Origin: Bacteroidota bacterium
Lineage (GTDB): Bacteria; Bacteroidota; Bacteroidia; Bacteroidales; VadinHA17
DNA length: 64,000 nucleotides
Reading direction: 5' to 3'
Assembly (NCBI GenBank): GCA_037127735.1
Contig: JBAXXU010000007.1
Coordinates: 1,023 to 65,022 of the forward strand
The position numbers and the translations under genes were made by a program. The notes under the pieces were generated by a model. That model made no database searches and was not told the origin of the DNA. It saw nothing but the letters and a program-made list of their open reading frames with translations. This document shows, one piece after another, positions 1 through 10,006 of the stretch; the stretch's first letter is position 1; the number at the start of each line of letters is the position of its first letter.

Positions 1-1187
1 CGGTTATTGTATTGACAGGTTTGGTGTTATTCAGTTTTTTTTCAAAGCTTGTATTCAAACAGGGAAAATCTATTTTATACGGGTTCATAATTTTTACAGT
101 TTTGTTTCCTCTGGTTTTTGTGGTTTATGAAAAATCAAACCTTTACAGTTCCTGGCGACAGTTTCTTTTTGTCTATCCCGGAATTGTTTTATTGGCAGCA
201 ATAGGATTTCATTATTTTTTCGAATTTGTAAAATTCAGGTTTATTAAATGGGTGGCAGTTGTAGTTTTGGCAATCTTATCTGTTCACCCGCTGAAGTTTA
301 TGATCAGTAATCATCCCTACTATTATTTGTATTATAACGAGTTTGTTGGCGGATTGAAAGGAGCTTATGCCAATTATGAAACGGATTATTATTATGTAAG
401 TCAGACACGGGCATCTGAATGGCTGATTGACTATTTTAAAGAGAAGAATATTCAATCTCCTGTAAAAGTTAAGGCAACATATTCAGTACAATGGCAGTTT
501 CGCGACCATCCTGAAATTAAGACATCATATTTCAGGTATGAGGAGAGAAGTCAGTCTGATTGGGATTATGCAATTGTTGCAAACAGGTATATCTCTCCTT
601 ATCAGTTAAAGAATAAAATATGGCCTCCCAAAAATGCCATACATATAATATATGCTGACCATGTCCCGGTTTGTGCAGTTCTTGAGAGAAAATCGAAAGA
701 TGATTTTTACGGTTATAATGCTTTAAATGAGGGCAGGAGCAAGGATGCAATAAAATTCTTTGAGAAGGTTTTGACGGTTGATGATAAGGATGAAATGATT
801 TTTTATAATTTTGCCGCAGCTTTATATAACGATCAACAGTACCAAAAGGCAGATTCGGTTTTAAAAAAGGGATTGGAGATAAATCCTGATTTCGAAATGA
901 TTTTGATGTACCTGGGAAATATTGCCAGGTACCAAAACAAAACAGATGAGGCAATTAAGTATTATGAAAGAGTTATTGAAACAAACAGGAAGTACTTTGA
1001 AGCTTATGTCGGTTTGTCGGGATTACTTATTGACAGCGATATAATGAGGGCCCACACTTTACTCCAAACTTGCCTGACAATGAGTCCGCGGTATAAGCCT
1101 GCAATAGTTGCACTGGCTGATACTTACAGGAAATCGGACCCCGGCGTTGCTAAGAAGTACGATGAACTGGGGAATAGTATTAAATAA
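1..1187 (+). CDS. polytopic membrane protein with C-terminal TPR repeats; 5' end lies outside the window (possibly the C-terminal part of a GT39/ArnT-like glycosyltransferase)
   Basis: The frame of tracked ORF 12..1187 stays open back to base 1. The first ~100 aa are hydrophobic helices. The last ~170 aa show TPR-like 34-aa periodicity (AIKFFEKVL, YQKADSVLKKGLEINP, EAIKYYERVIE). Confidence 0.5.
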   Translation, partial: VIVLTGLVLFSFFSKLVFKQGKSILYGFIIFTVLFPLVFVVYEKSNLYSSWRQFLFVYPGIVLLAAIGFHYFFEFVKFRFIKWVAVVVLAILSVHPLKFMISNHPYYYLYYNEFVGGLKGAYANYETDYYYVSQTRASEWLIDYFKEKNIQSPVKVKATYSVQWQFRDHPEIKTSYFRYEERSQSDWDYAIVANRYISPYQLKNKIWPPKNAIHIIYADHVPVCAVLERKSKDDFYGYNALNEGRSKDAIKFFEKVLTVDDKDEMIFYNFAAALYNDQQYQKADSVLKKGLEINPDFEMILMYLGNIARYQNKTDEAIKYYERVIETNRKYFEAYVGLSGLLIDSDIMRAHTLLQTCLTMSPRYKPAIVALADTYRKSDPGVAKKYDELGNSIK

Positions 1188-1194
1188 AAATAAT

Positions 1195-1461
1195 ATGTTA
1201 AAAATGAAAAAATCAGTTTTAGTGTTTTCGATGACAACCCTTCTTCTTCTTGGTGGAATGAATATTTCTATCGCACAAGAACAACCCAAGCCAAAGAAAG
1301 ATACAGTTAACATGGATACCGATGCAAAACCACAATTCTATTATGCTGTTGAGGATGAGAAAACAAAAGCCAAAGGATCCACTTCAACAATAGCTATAAT
1401 TGCAGGAGCTGTTGTAATAGTAGTGGCTGCAGGTTTCTTTCTTATCAAGAAGAAAAAGTAG
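1195..1461 (+). CDS. small secreted or membrane-anchored protein, unknown function
   Basis: Internal ATG at 1195 of ORF 1108..1461, just after the upstream stop. Signal-like MLKMKKSVLVFSMTTLLLLGG. C-terminal helix AIIAGAVVIVVAAGFFLI followed by KKKK. Confidence 0.45.
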   Translation: MLKMKKSVLVFSMTTLLLLGGMNISIAQEQPKPKKDTVNMDTDAKPQFYYAVEDEKTKAKGSTSTIAIIAGAVVIVVAAGFFLIKKKK

Positions 1462-1500
1462 TAAATGCAAGTTACATCAGCCTGTTAATTGGCTGTTATT

Positions 1501-2466
1501 ATGGACAAGATTAAAATATCGACTGCCCAGTTTGAGAACAGGAGCGGTGACAAGGACTACAATTTATCAAAAATTGAAAGTCTTGCCGGAAAGGCTGCCA
1601 TTGAAGGTTCTCATGCGATAGCTTTTCATGAATGTTCTGTTACAGGTTATACATTTGCCCGGCATCTTTCAAAAGAAAAGATGCTTGATCTTGCCGAGTT
1701 TATACCTGAGGGATCAAGTGTCAGAAGGTTGACTCATATAGCAGCGCAAAAACGTATCGCCATTCTGGCCGGACTTTTCGAGAAAGACCGAAATGATAAG
1801 ATATATAAGACTTATGTCTGTGTTGATAAAACCGGCTTAGTTGCAAAGTTCCGGAAACTTCACCCTTTTGTAAATGCATTTATTACGCCCGGTGACAGCT
1901 ATTGCGTATTCGATCTGTATGGTTGGAAATGTGGGATACTAATTTGTTATGATAACAATATTATTGAGAATGTACGCGCCACAGCCCTTCTGGGAGCCAA
2001 CATTATTTTCATGCCTCATGTAACAATGTGTACACCTTCAACACGGCCGGGTGCCGGATTTGTTGACCCGAAGTTATGGGAAAACAGAGAATCAGACCCG
2101 ACATCATTAAGGTTGGAATTTGATGGAATGAAGGGACGCGGCTGGTTATTGAAATGGCTTCCTTCCAGAGCCTATGACAATGGAATTTATGTAGTGTTTT
2201 CCAATCCTATAGGTATGGATGACAACCAGCTGAAGAATGGCTGTTCTATGATTATTGATCCGTTTGGCGACATTATTGCAGAATGTCGTACTCTTGGTAA
2301 TGACTATGTTTCAGCTACATTTACCCCGGAAAAACTTACACAATCAGGGGGATACAGGTATACAAAAGCCAGAAGGCCCGATCTTTATAAGAATATAATA
2401 GGAAGGCCACATATACCGGAACAAAAAGTTATATGGCTCGATTCTGATAAAGCCGGTAACTCATAG
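1501..2466 (+). CDS. carbon-nitrogen hydrolase (nitrilase superfamily)
   Basis: Glu-Lys-Cys triad contexts FHECSVTGY, FRKLHPF and GILICYD. First ATG of ORF 1489..2466 is at 1501. Confidence 0.8.
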   Translation: MDKIKISTAQFENRSGDKDYNLSKIESLAGKAAIEGSHAIAFHECSVTGYTFARHLSKEKMLDLAEFIPEGSSVRRLTHIAAQKRIAILAGLFEKDRNDKIYKTYVCVDKTGLVAKFRKLHPFVNAFITPGDSYCVFDLYGWKCGILICYDNNIIENVRATALLGANIIFMPHVTMCTPSTRPGAGFVDPKLWENRESDPTSLRLEFDGMKGRGWLLKWLPSRAYDNGIYVVFSNPIGMDDNQLKNGCSMIIDPFGDIIAECRTLGNDYVSATFTPEKLTQSGGYRYTKARRPDLYKNIIGRPHIPEQKVIWLDSDKAGNS

Positions 2467-2682
2467 TATATTTTTGTCTTGTAACTTTTGACTTTTATCT
2501 TAAGTATCTCAACCTTAACCTCAACCTCGACCTAAATTTGTCCTTTAACCTGTCGTCAGTCGCCTGCATCCATTGGTCAGGAAATCAGCATAACATATAT
2601 TAAAGCAAAAAGGAACATATTTCACAAATGCGTTTATACAGGTCGGATAATACTTTTATCTTTACTATTAAATATATCAGAA

Positions 2683-3888
2683 ATGTTAACAATAGATGAA
2701 ATTAAGGTTCTGATAAAAGATTTGGAATCTGACAGAGTAGAAAGAACCATTTCTTTCAGAGAAGATAAATTGGGTCCAATCGTATGTGTATTTTCAAATG
2801 ATTTCCCAAACCATAAAATGCCATGTTATATTTTGCTTGGAGTTAATGATGATGGAACAGTAAACGGTATGACAATAGGAGATACCGATTTACAAAAAAT
2901 TGGTGGCGTAAAATCAAATGGAAATGTGTTGCCTCAACCATCTTTAGTTGTAAGTCCCGTATTTAAAATTGACGGTGGAGATATTGTAGTTGTTGAAGTT
3001 CAGCCATCTCCATATCCGCCTGTTCGCTACGATGGCAGGTGTTGGATTCGAGTTGGACCAAGAAAAAGTAAAGCAACTCTTGAAGAGGAAAGAATGTTAT
3101 CCGAAAGGAGAAGTTCATTATCAAAAACTTTCGACAACCAGCCCTGTTTTGGTTCATCTCTTAGCGATTTGAATACCGATTTATTCAAAACATTCTATCT
3201 TCCAAAAGCAATTGATGCAGAAACACTGAATCAGAATAATCGTGACATAAAACAACAATTGGCTTCTTTACGTTTTTATGATTTGGTCCATGATTGTCCG
3301 ACCAATGCAGGTATCATATTATTTGCTGAAAGGCCAACATCTTATATACCCGGCGCATATATTCAGTATGTTAAAATTCCTTCCAAAGAGATAATACCGG
3401 GAATTGAATTTGAGAAAGAATTTAAGAAATGTCTTTGCCTCGATTTATTAAACATCGATGAATTCATTCAATCTGTGATTATCAAAAAAAGTTTAATTCA
3501 GAGATACAACAGCATGCAAGAGCAGATTATTTACAATTATCCTTTATGGTCTGTTCGGGAATTGATTTTCAATGCCATCATTCATCGTAACTATGAATCG
3601 AACGCACCTATTCTGATATATGAATTTACCGACAGGATAGAGATAAAAAACCCTGGTTATTTATTTGGGCAGGTTAATAAATACAATTTTCCAAACGTAA
3701 GTGATTATAGAAATATGGAAATTGCTGAGTCTCTCAAAACTCTGGGGTACATTAATAAATTTAATTTTGGAATAAAAACTGCAATCAAGTATTTGAGAGA
3801 TAATAATAACCCGGATCCGGTATTTGATTTATCATTAGTAACTGCTATGAAAGTTACTATATTGATCCGCAATAATTGGAAATATTGA
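2683..3888 (+). CDS. AlbA_2/Schlafen-like DNA-binding domain protein with C-terminal ATPase-like domain (often annotated as an ATP-binding protein or putative transcriptional regulator)
   Basis: N-terminal LESDRVERT...YILLGVNDDGTVNG pattern typical of AlbA_2 domains. C-terminal region contains NAIIHRNY. 401 aa. Confidence 0.55.
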   Translation: MLTIDEIKVLIKDLESDRVERTISFREDKLGPIVCVFSNDFPNHKMPCYILLGVNDDGTVNGMTIGDTDLQKIGGVKSNGNVLPQPSLVVSPVFKIDGGDIVVVEVQPSPYPPVRYDGRCWIRVGPRKSKATLEEERMLSERRSSLSKTFDNQPCFGSSLSDLNTDLFKTFYLPKAIDAETLNQNNRDIKQQLASLRFYDLVHDCPTNAGIILFAERPTSYIPGAYIQYVKIPSKEIIPGIEFEKEFKKCLCLDLLNIDEFIQSVIIKKSLIQRYNSMQEQIIYNYPLWSVRELIFNAIIHRNYESNAPILIYEFTDRIEIKNPGYLFGQVNKYNFPNVSDYRNMEIAESLKTLGYINKFNFGIKTAIKYLRDNNNPDPVFDLSLVTAMKVTILIRNNWKY

Positions 3889-4001
3889 TGATACTCCATT
3901 TTGACAGTAAGCAGGAATTTCATCTGGAGGCAGTAAAAGTCATCACTGATATTTTCGAAGGGCAGCCACTCAGCAGTGGCGACTTTGAATTTTCAATATG
4001 A
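3888..4001 (+). pseudogene. 37-codon remnant resembling the N-terminus of a type III restriction-like (COG3587) DEAD/DEAH helicase
   Basis: ATG overlaps the upstream stop (TGATG). Translation is MILHFDSKQEFHLEAVKVITDIFEGQPLSSGDFEFSI*, matching the remembered N-terminal pattern M.L.FD..Q..Q..A...V.D.F.GQP. The ORF then stops with nothing downstream. Confidence 0.35.
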
Positions 4002-4096
4002 TCGAAAATATTAAGAATGTTCAGAATAATAACGCCTGTTATGCAAGTATCCTTTTGCAGAGTTGAGCGCTGTTAACGAAAAACCCATAAAATGTT

Positions 4097-5467
4097 TTAA
4101 ATAGTATATGGCCTTCTTATTCCCCTGACAAATAATTTATTAGCTTCCTGATCGCCAACTACTTCGCCTTTTGCCGGATCCCAGGTTATTTTTCTGTTTG
4201 TACGTATTGTTATGTCACCCATGTGGCTGATAGAATCAGAAATAATCGCTTCATCAAGAGGGCAAAGTTCCTTCGATTTACCCTTAATCACATCCAGAAA
4301 GACCTGCCCCATTTTATTATTCTCGCTGTTAATCCAACCATCTTTGTTTTTCGGGAAATTATTAAGCTTCTTATTAATTTCAGGAATATTCGATTGCGCT
4401 GATGACCGGCTTAAAGAAATCCATCCTTTCGCACCAAAGAATGTTGTACCATTTTCTTCCTTCAACTGCCGATGATCAAGTACTCCTTTGGTTGCAATGT
4501 CTGTACTTACAAAATGTACCTCAAGCCCGTTTTTATATTTACAGGTAACATCCCAGGAAAGAATGTTATTGTACAAACCTCCCGGGGTCCAGAATTGACC
4601 TGTTCCTTCGCATGTATATGCTCCGGATACTTTATCTTTTAGTATCCACACGAGTATATCCAATGGATGGGCGCCCCAACCGGCAAGGAAACCGATACTG
4701 TAATCATTATTGAACCATGAACTATTATTGGTCACACGATCGGGACAATAGGGTCTCATCGGTGCGGGACCAGTCCATTTTTCAAAATCGAAATCGGGAG
4801 GAACAGGAACCTCATTACAAACCGGACTTTCGACAGGATTTTTACCCGGGGCCCATACTTCAACCCGCTCGATATCACCGATCAGTCCTTCCCTTATCAT
4901 GTTATAACCAAGCTGCATATGTTCTACTGTACGCTGCTGAGTGCCGTAATGAAAACGCACATTGTTGGCGGCCAGTTCTTTACCAAGTATTAGATATTCC
5001 GGATAGCTTAATCCGAGAGGTTTTGCCAGCATTATGTGTTTACCGGCACGCGCAGCCTTTATGGCCGCCGGAACATGCCAGTGATCGGGGGTTGTGATGT
5101 GAACCGCATCAATGTCTTTCCTCTGAAGTATCTCTTCAAAATCGAGGTAGGGGATACATTCCGGTACCGGATCGTTGTTGTCTTTATAGAACTTATTTAT
5201 TGTCATTGCAGCTTCTTCACGGCGGTATTTATGGACATCACACACCGCAATATTTACTGCTCCCCTCAGAGGTAATAAGTAATTCATTAGTTCCCATCCT
5301 CCTCTGTCGCCAACTCCAATGTGAGCGACTGAGATCCTGTCGCTTGCCCCTTTTCCGTTCGAGCACGATGGTAATATTGTTGGCAGCAAGGCCGCGCCGA
5401 TGATCCCTTTTACTGATTTTTGAACAAAACCCCTTCGGGAAATATTCTGTTTATTTTTCATATCCAT
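4097..5467 (-). CDS. Gfo/Idh/MocA-family oxidoreductase with twin-arginine export signal
   Basis: SRRGFVQKSVKGIIGAALLP TAT-like leader. Rossmann start ISVAHIGVGDRGG. HIMLAKPL (EKP-like) motif. Confidence 0.85.
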   Translation of the reverse strand: MDMKNKQNISRRGFVQKSVKGIIGAALLPTILPSCSNGKGASDRISVAHIGVGDRGGWELMNYLLPLRGAVNIAVCDVHKYRREEAAMTINKFYKDNNDPVPECIPYLDFEEILQRKDIDAVHITTPDHWHVPAAIKAARAGKHIMLAKPLGLSYPEYLILGKELAANNVRFHYGTQQRTVEHMQLGYNMIREGLIGDIERVEVWAPGKNPVESPVCNEVPVPPDFDFEKWTGPAPMRPYCPDRVTNNSSWFNNDYSIGFLAGWGAHPLDILVWILKDKVSGAYTCEGTGQFWTPGGLYNNILSWDVTCKYKNGLEVHFVSTDIATKGVLDHRQLKEENGTTFFGAKGWISLSRSSAQSNIPEINKKLNNFPKNKDGWINSENNKMGQVFLDVIKGKSKELCPLDEAIISDSISHMGDITIRTNRKITWDPAKGEVVGDQEANKLFVRGIRRPYTI

Positions 5468-5506
5468 GACAGTATTTTAGTAAAATGTTTTCCGGGTATG
5501 TTGATA

Positions 5507-7208
5507 TTAGTCATTCATATACTTATCATATTTTGCCTGTAAATCTTCTTTTCCGGTTTTGCCCGGCAATATCCAAACTCGATATTTCAAATGAAGAGCT
5601 TCACCTTTTTTTAATATAATCTTACCATCAAATAAAATAGCAGGACTATAATAAAAAAACGGGATTTCCGGATTATTGATCACATACCAACTTGTTGTCG
5701 GGGTAGTAAATTTCAGATTTTGTAAAATGCATACCCCTGCTTTTTCTCCGGTTAAGGTACTGAAACCCATATAAATCCAATTGTTTTTTTTATAATTTTC
5801 ACTTTCAGCAGGAGCAATGATTTCTGGTGAAGTAAAATCCTGATTGAACCGGATGGATAAACCTGCATAACCGCCCCACGACTGACCCTCTGGTTCGCCT
5901 TCAATGGGAGTACGGTCAAGAACTACTTCATCAATCAAAGGATTGAAAATGTTTTCATGATCAATAAAATAACTCCCATCGCTGAAGGGCGGAGAAATAT
6001 GGATATCTCTTTTTTCGGTCATAACGGCGTCACCACCTGCCGGGTGATATTGCAACTCCATCCGGATATCGGCAGAAAAATCAGGGCTCTTAACGATATC
6101 AATTTTTTGTAATTCAGTTATCCCGGCCGATTTGTAACCGTTTTTTTCAGATTTGTAATCATTCAGATATTCCCAGTAATTTACCCCATTGATAAATTTC
6201 CATGAAAACCACAGTCCAAGGTGCCATGGATGATCTGGAGGGCTGACACACGTAAGCGTTGAATTCTTTATAGTAACAGGATGGAAATAAGCATTGCCAA
6301 AACGGTTAGTGAAATTATATTGCCATAATATATCAGAATTGTTCATCAAACTTAAAGTTGTGTCGGATTGTTCCCACCGGAAATTATTGACTTCGGATGT
6401 TATTTTTTCTTTTAAACAGGTGGGTGTTTCGATTGTAACTTCCCTATTGGCTGTCCATTGTGTAGCTCTCAGGATGATTGTTTGCAAGCCGGTATTTAAA
6501 AGTGCTCTCTCATTGTGCCCAAGTGTAGTATAGAAGCAGCGGCCTTTCCCAAGTTGGTTTACAAAAACGGAGGTCTCGTTAATTAAATGGCCATCATTTT
6601 CATCCTTCCCGGTAAAGGAGGCAAGGGCCCTGGCGCCAGAGCAGATGTTGGTTCTTTCCCACAATTCATCAAAAATGTAAAAATCTCTGAGTCCTTTGGT
6701 TATGGGATGTTTTTGGTTAAATTCATATACCTTCCCTATTGTCTGCTTTCCATGATATGTTTTCCCCCCCCCATCTGCCAATACCTATTTGATGATAATC
6801 TTTCCAGGTATAGAATGAACAGGCACCGGCATGAATGGATATCACTCCACCACCCCGTTTAACATATTTCAGAAAATCATTTTCCCATTCTTTTGTCAGA
6901 CGAAAGGTACTGTCGGGCCAGTTATTCCAGTTGCTCACTACAACATCAAATTTTATCAATTCGTTGTATGGGAGTGTATCGGGCATTTCCGTTACTTTTA
7001 TTGTAAAAAGTCTGGAATCCTCATAAATCTTTACAAGTAAGGGAGTTGTTTTTTGCCACTCATGATTGTTCTTTCCGCTGAGGATTAGGACTTTAATTAA
7101 ACTGTCTTTTTTGCGATTCACACAACCGCAGATGACTGTGGTTGAGATTAAAACACAAATAATCTTCAGGATGAGGTTATTAGTCCTACTTTGACAGATT
7201 AAAATCAA
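5507..7208 (-). pseudogene. ThuA-domain / PmoA-family (DUF6807) fusion protein split by a +1 frameshift in a G9 run
   Basis: ORF 6723..7208 (lipoprotein-like leader, ThuA N-half) and ORF 5507..6781 (ThuA C-half ...GKGRCFYTTLGHN..., then the PmoA-like part) overlap at C9 6764..6772 (G9 on the coding strand). Removing one G gives ...IGIGRWGGKTYHGKQTIGKVYEF... Confidence 0.7.
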
Positions 7209-7356
7209 ACCAGGTTTTTCAGCTTTTTTACCCCGGCCCCCTTTGCTTCGCTGAAGCTTCGCGAAAGCGAAGAAGGGGTGAAAGCTGAAAAACCGGCCTG
7301 TTCCCCTTGGGGATGAAGGGTAAAAACAGGCCGGTTTTTCATATCTGTCAAAGTAG
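7186..7356. repeat. MITE/REP-like palindromic intergenic element, long copy
   Basis: 14-bp terminal inverted repeats CTACTTTGACAGAT (7186-7199) and ATCTGTCAAAGTAG (7343-7356). Nested internal hairpins (GGTTTTTCAGCTTT/AAAGCTGAAAAACC; CCCCTTTGCTTCGC/GCGAAAGCGAAGAAGGGG). The right ~75 bp is nearly identical to 11181..11250. Confidence 0.6.
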
Positions 7357-7435
7357 AATTAGTCCGCGCCATCAAATATATTTTTTTACTGATCCACAGT
7401 CTCAGTCACTCAGTTCCTAACACCTTCAGCTATTT

Positions 7436-8569
7436 CTATACTTTTACCCAGGTATTTCCTCCTTTATTAGAAGCAACTACTGAATGAATAAACTTCATTC
7501 CTCTCACACCATCATGAACGGTAGGAAATTCCCCTGAAGTAAATTTCTCTCCTCTTATTGATTTTGCTGTACCTTTATATATATTAGCAAGAGCTTCATA
7601 GATACCTTCAGGATGACCTGCCGGCATTGTATGACCGGCTTCGGCAAACTGATCATTGTATCCATGTGCCGGTTTAAATATTTTTGTCGGTTCGGTGTCA
7701 CTAAGCATGGTAAGGTAGTTAGGGTTTTCCTGGCCCCATTTGAGGCTTGCTTTTGATCCGTATACTGCAATTGTGAGGTTGTTTTCTTCTCCACCGCATA
7801 CCTGGCTCGCTCTTATCACTCCTTTGAGATTTTTGCTGAAACGCAATAAAACGGTTCCATCAAGATCAAGCTCAATATTCTCTTTTACAGGATTAAGATC
7901 AGAAAGTACCTCTTTTACCTCAAGCCCTGTAGTATATTCGATCAGATTAAAAGCATGAACTCCGATATCACCCATACAACTGCTGGCTCCCGCGTGTTTT
8001 GAATCAAGTCGCCAGACACCTGTTATCCTGCTGCCGGTACCATGAATGATTGAATTTATCCAGCCCTGATAATATTGTGCATCAATACGTTGGATGGTTC
8101 CAAGTTCTCCTTTTGCAATAATATCCCTCATCTGCCGGATCATAGGATATCCTGTATAGGTATGAGTCAACGCGAAGGTCAGATTTGTCTCATTAACCAG
8201 TTTTTCAAGTTCCTCTGCCTCTTCAACAGTTATCGTCATTGGCTTTTCACAAACCACGTGAAAGCCGGCAATAAGAAGACTTTTTGCAAAAAAATAATGG
8301 AGTGCATTGGGTGTTACTATGGCAACTACCTCCATCCGTTTTTCTGCTGGCATTGCTGATTCTGTTTTTATAAGAGCATCGACACTTTCATAGCATCTTT
8401 CAAGGGAGATCCCTTCATTTTTTGAGAACTGTTTGCTCTTTTCATAGTCTATATCAAAAACGCCTCCTACAAGCTCATAATCATTACATATTCTTGAAGC
8501 ACGGCGATGAGCATCTCCAATGAAAGCTCCTATACCACCGCCAATCATACCCATTCTTATCTTCTTCAT
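7436..8569 (-). CDS. Gfo/Idh/MocA-family oxidoreductase (cytoplasmic)
   Basis: MGMIGGGIGAFIG Rossmann start and VVCEKPM motif. 377 aa. Confidence 0.85.
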   Translation of the reverse strand: MKKIRMGMIGGGIGAFIGDAHRRASRICNDYELVGGVFDIDYEKSKQFSKNEGISLERCYESVDALIKTESAMPAEKRMEVVAIVTPNALHYFFAKSLLIAGFHVVCEKPMTITVEEAEELEKLVNETNLTFALTHTYTGYPMIRQMRDIIAKGELGTIQRIDAQYYQGWINSIIHGTGSRITGVWRLDSKHAGASSCMGDIGVHAFNLIEYTTGLEVKEVLSDLNPVKENIELDLDGTVLLRFSKNLKGVIRASQVCGGEENNLTIAVYGSKASLKWGQENPNYLTMLSDTEPTKIFKPAHGYNDQFAEAGHTMPAGHPEGIYEALANIYKGTAKSIRGEKFTSGEFPTVHDGVRGMKFIHSVVASNKGGNTWVKV

Positions 8570-8683
8570 AATTAATTTTTTTATTTTTTTTTGTCTTTAG
8601 CTTTGGCTTTTTACCTGTTTTAACCCACCACTTGGGGTTTGTCTAAAAAGGACTTATTAGACAACCTCAACTGGTGGTATTTC

Positions 8684-8718
8684 CTTTTGTCTTTTTCCTT
8701 TTGTCTTTTATCTTTTAT
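8684..8718 (-). repeat. heptanucleotide tract (GACAAAA/GATAAAA family) abutting the stop codon of the MFS gene
   Basis: Plus strand reads CTTTTGT CTTTTTC CTTTTGT CTTTTAT CTTTTAT in one register. On the gene's sense strand it follows the TGA directly. Confidence 0.8.
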
Positions 8719-9971
8719 CAGACATGTTTTCTTTTCCAGATATGCAGGAAAGTAAAAAACACAATCAGAACTGCAGGAACAAAAGCAACCATCCTTAATG
8801 TATGTTCACCTCCTGTGAGCTGAGCCGTTGCCCATGCAACTGCTTCCTTAGTTCCGGCAACTGCTGACTTTAATATCTCAATAGTCTGCCCTTCAGGTAC
8901 TGCTGCAATGGTTTTTGCATCAAAAATTGCACCCAGAACCGGTTGTGCTATAGCTCCACCGAGGAAGCCGATGCCACCCATTATTGCAAGTCCAAGAGCA
9001 CCGCTCTGTGGTACATTTTCCGATACAAATCCTAACATTGAAGGCCAGAAAAATGCTACCCCTAATGCAAAGATACCAGCTGATGCAAAAACCATTGCCC
9101 CGCTTGTGTAACCCATCAGGATGCATCCGATGAAAGCAAGCACAGAAGAGGTAAGTAATACAACAGTTGATTTCAGATTATGTATCAGTGTTCCACCAAA
9201 CTGACGTGCAAGGGCCATAATACCTGATATCCATACCAGTAAAAGGATCGGATTATCTGAAACATTTGCAAGTAATGCTGCAATCCACTGATTTGTACCA
9301 AGTTCAGTCCCTGCTGTAAGTATCATGCAGAAAGCCATGAAGAGGAAAAGAGGGCTTACACAAGCTTTAAGCATATCTTTATATGAAAACCCTGAAACAA
9401 CCCGTTCTGTCTGTGGAAACTGCTTATTAAGAAACATATAACCATAAGCAAATGTTGGTAGAAGCATAATGCCCATCGCGTAACGCCAGTCGGTAAGTCC
9501 AAGCTTAGTGAATAAATATACAGCCAACCCCCCGATTACAATACCTGTTGGAAACCAGGCATGAAACCTGTTTAATCGGCGGGTTTTTTGGTCCGTGTAC
9601 ATGCTTGTTATCAAAGGATTACATGCAGCCTCCACACTACCGTTAGCTATTCCGATTAACAAAGTGGAGATGAATAATGACCAGAAACCGGTTGCTATTA
9701 TAGTCAGGATTATCCCGGCTAAGTGGCAGAAGAATGCTATTGAAATTATTCTTCCTATACCTATTAAATCTACCAATGGTCCGCCTAAAAACATAGCCAG
9801 GGTAAATCCCCAGAAAGCAGTACCGGTAATCCATCCGATTTCAGTGTTGGTCAGATTAAACTCTTTCCCCCACAATGTTATGAATTGGCCTCTTGTTGCA
9901 AAGGCCAGTGCTGTAACAACTAATGCAACACAACTTGCATTAAATAATTGAGTTTTCTTAACAGTATCCAT
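8718..9971 (-). CDS. MFS transporter (sugar-type)
   Basis: 417 aa, about 12 hydrophobic helices, embedded in the sugar-oxidation cluster. Confidence 0.8.
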   Translation of the reverse strand: MDTVKKTQLFNASCVALVVTALAFATRGQFITLWGKEFNLTNTEIGWITGTAFWGFTLAMFLGGPLVDLIGIGRIISIAFFCHLAGIILTIIATGFWSLFISTLLIGIANGSVEAACNPLITSMYTDQKTRRLNRFHAWFPTGIVIGGLAVYLFTKLGLTDWRYAMGIMLLPTFAYGYMFLNKQFPQTERVVSGFSYKDMLKACVSPLFLFMAFCMILTAGTELGTNQWIAALLANVSDNPILLLVWISGIMALARQFGGTLIHNLKSTVVLLTSSVLAFIGCILMGYTSGAMVFASAGIFALGVAFFWPSMLGFVSENVPQSGALGLAIMGGIGFLGGAIAQPVLGAIFDAKTIAAVPEGQTIEILKSAVAGTKEAVAWATAQLTGGEHTLRMVAFVPAVLIVFFTFLHIWKRKHV

Positions 9972-10006
9972 CTTAAGGTTGTCAGGTTAAGTTAGTATTA
10001 AAGGGT

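Noticed and set aside
6723-6781. Programmed ribosomal frameshift at the G9 run
   Set aside because: There is no slippery heptamer of the X XXY YYZ type and no downstream stimulatory structure that I could see. A homopolymer length error or phase variation is the simpler explanation.
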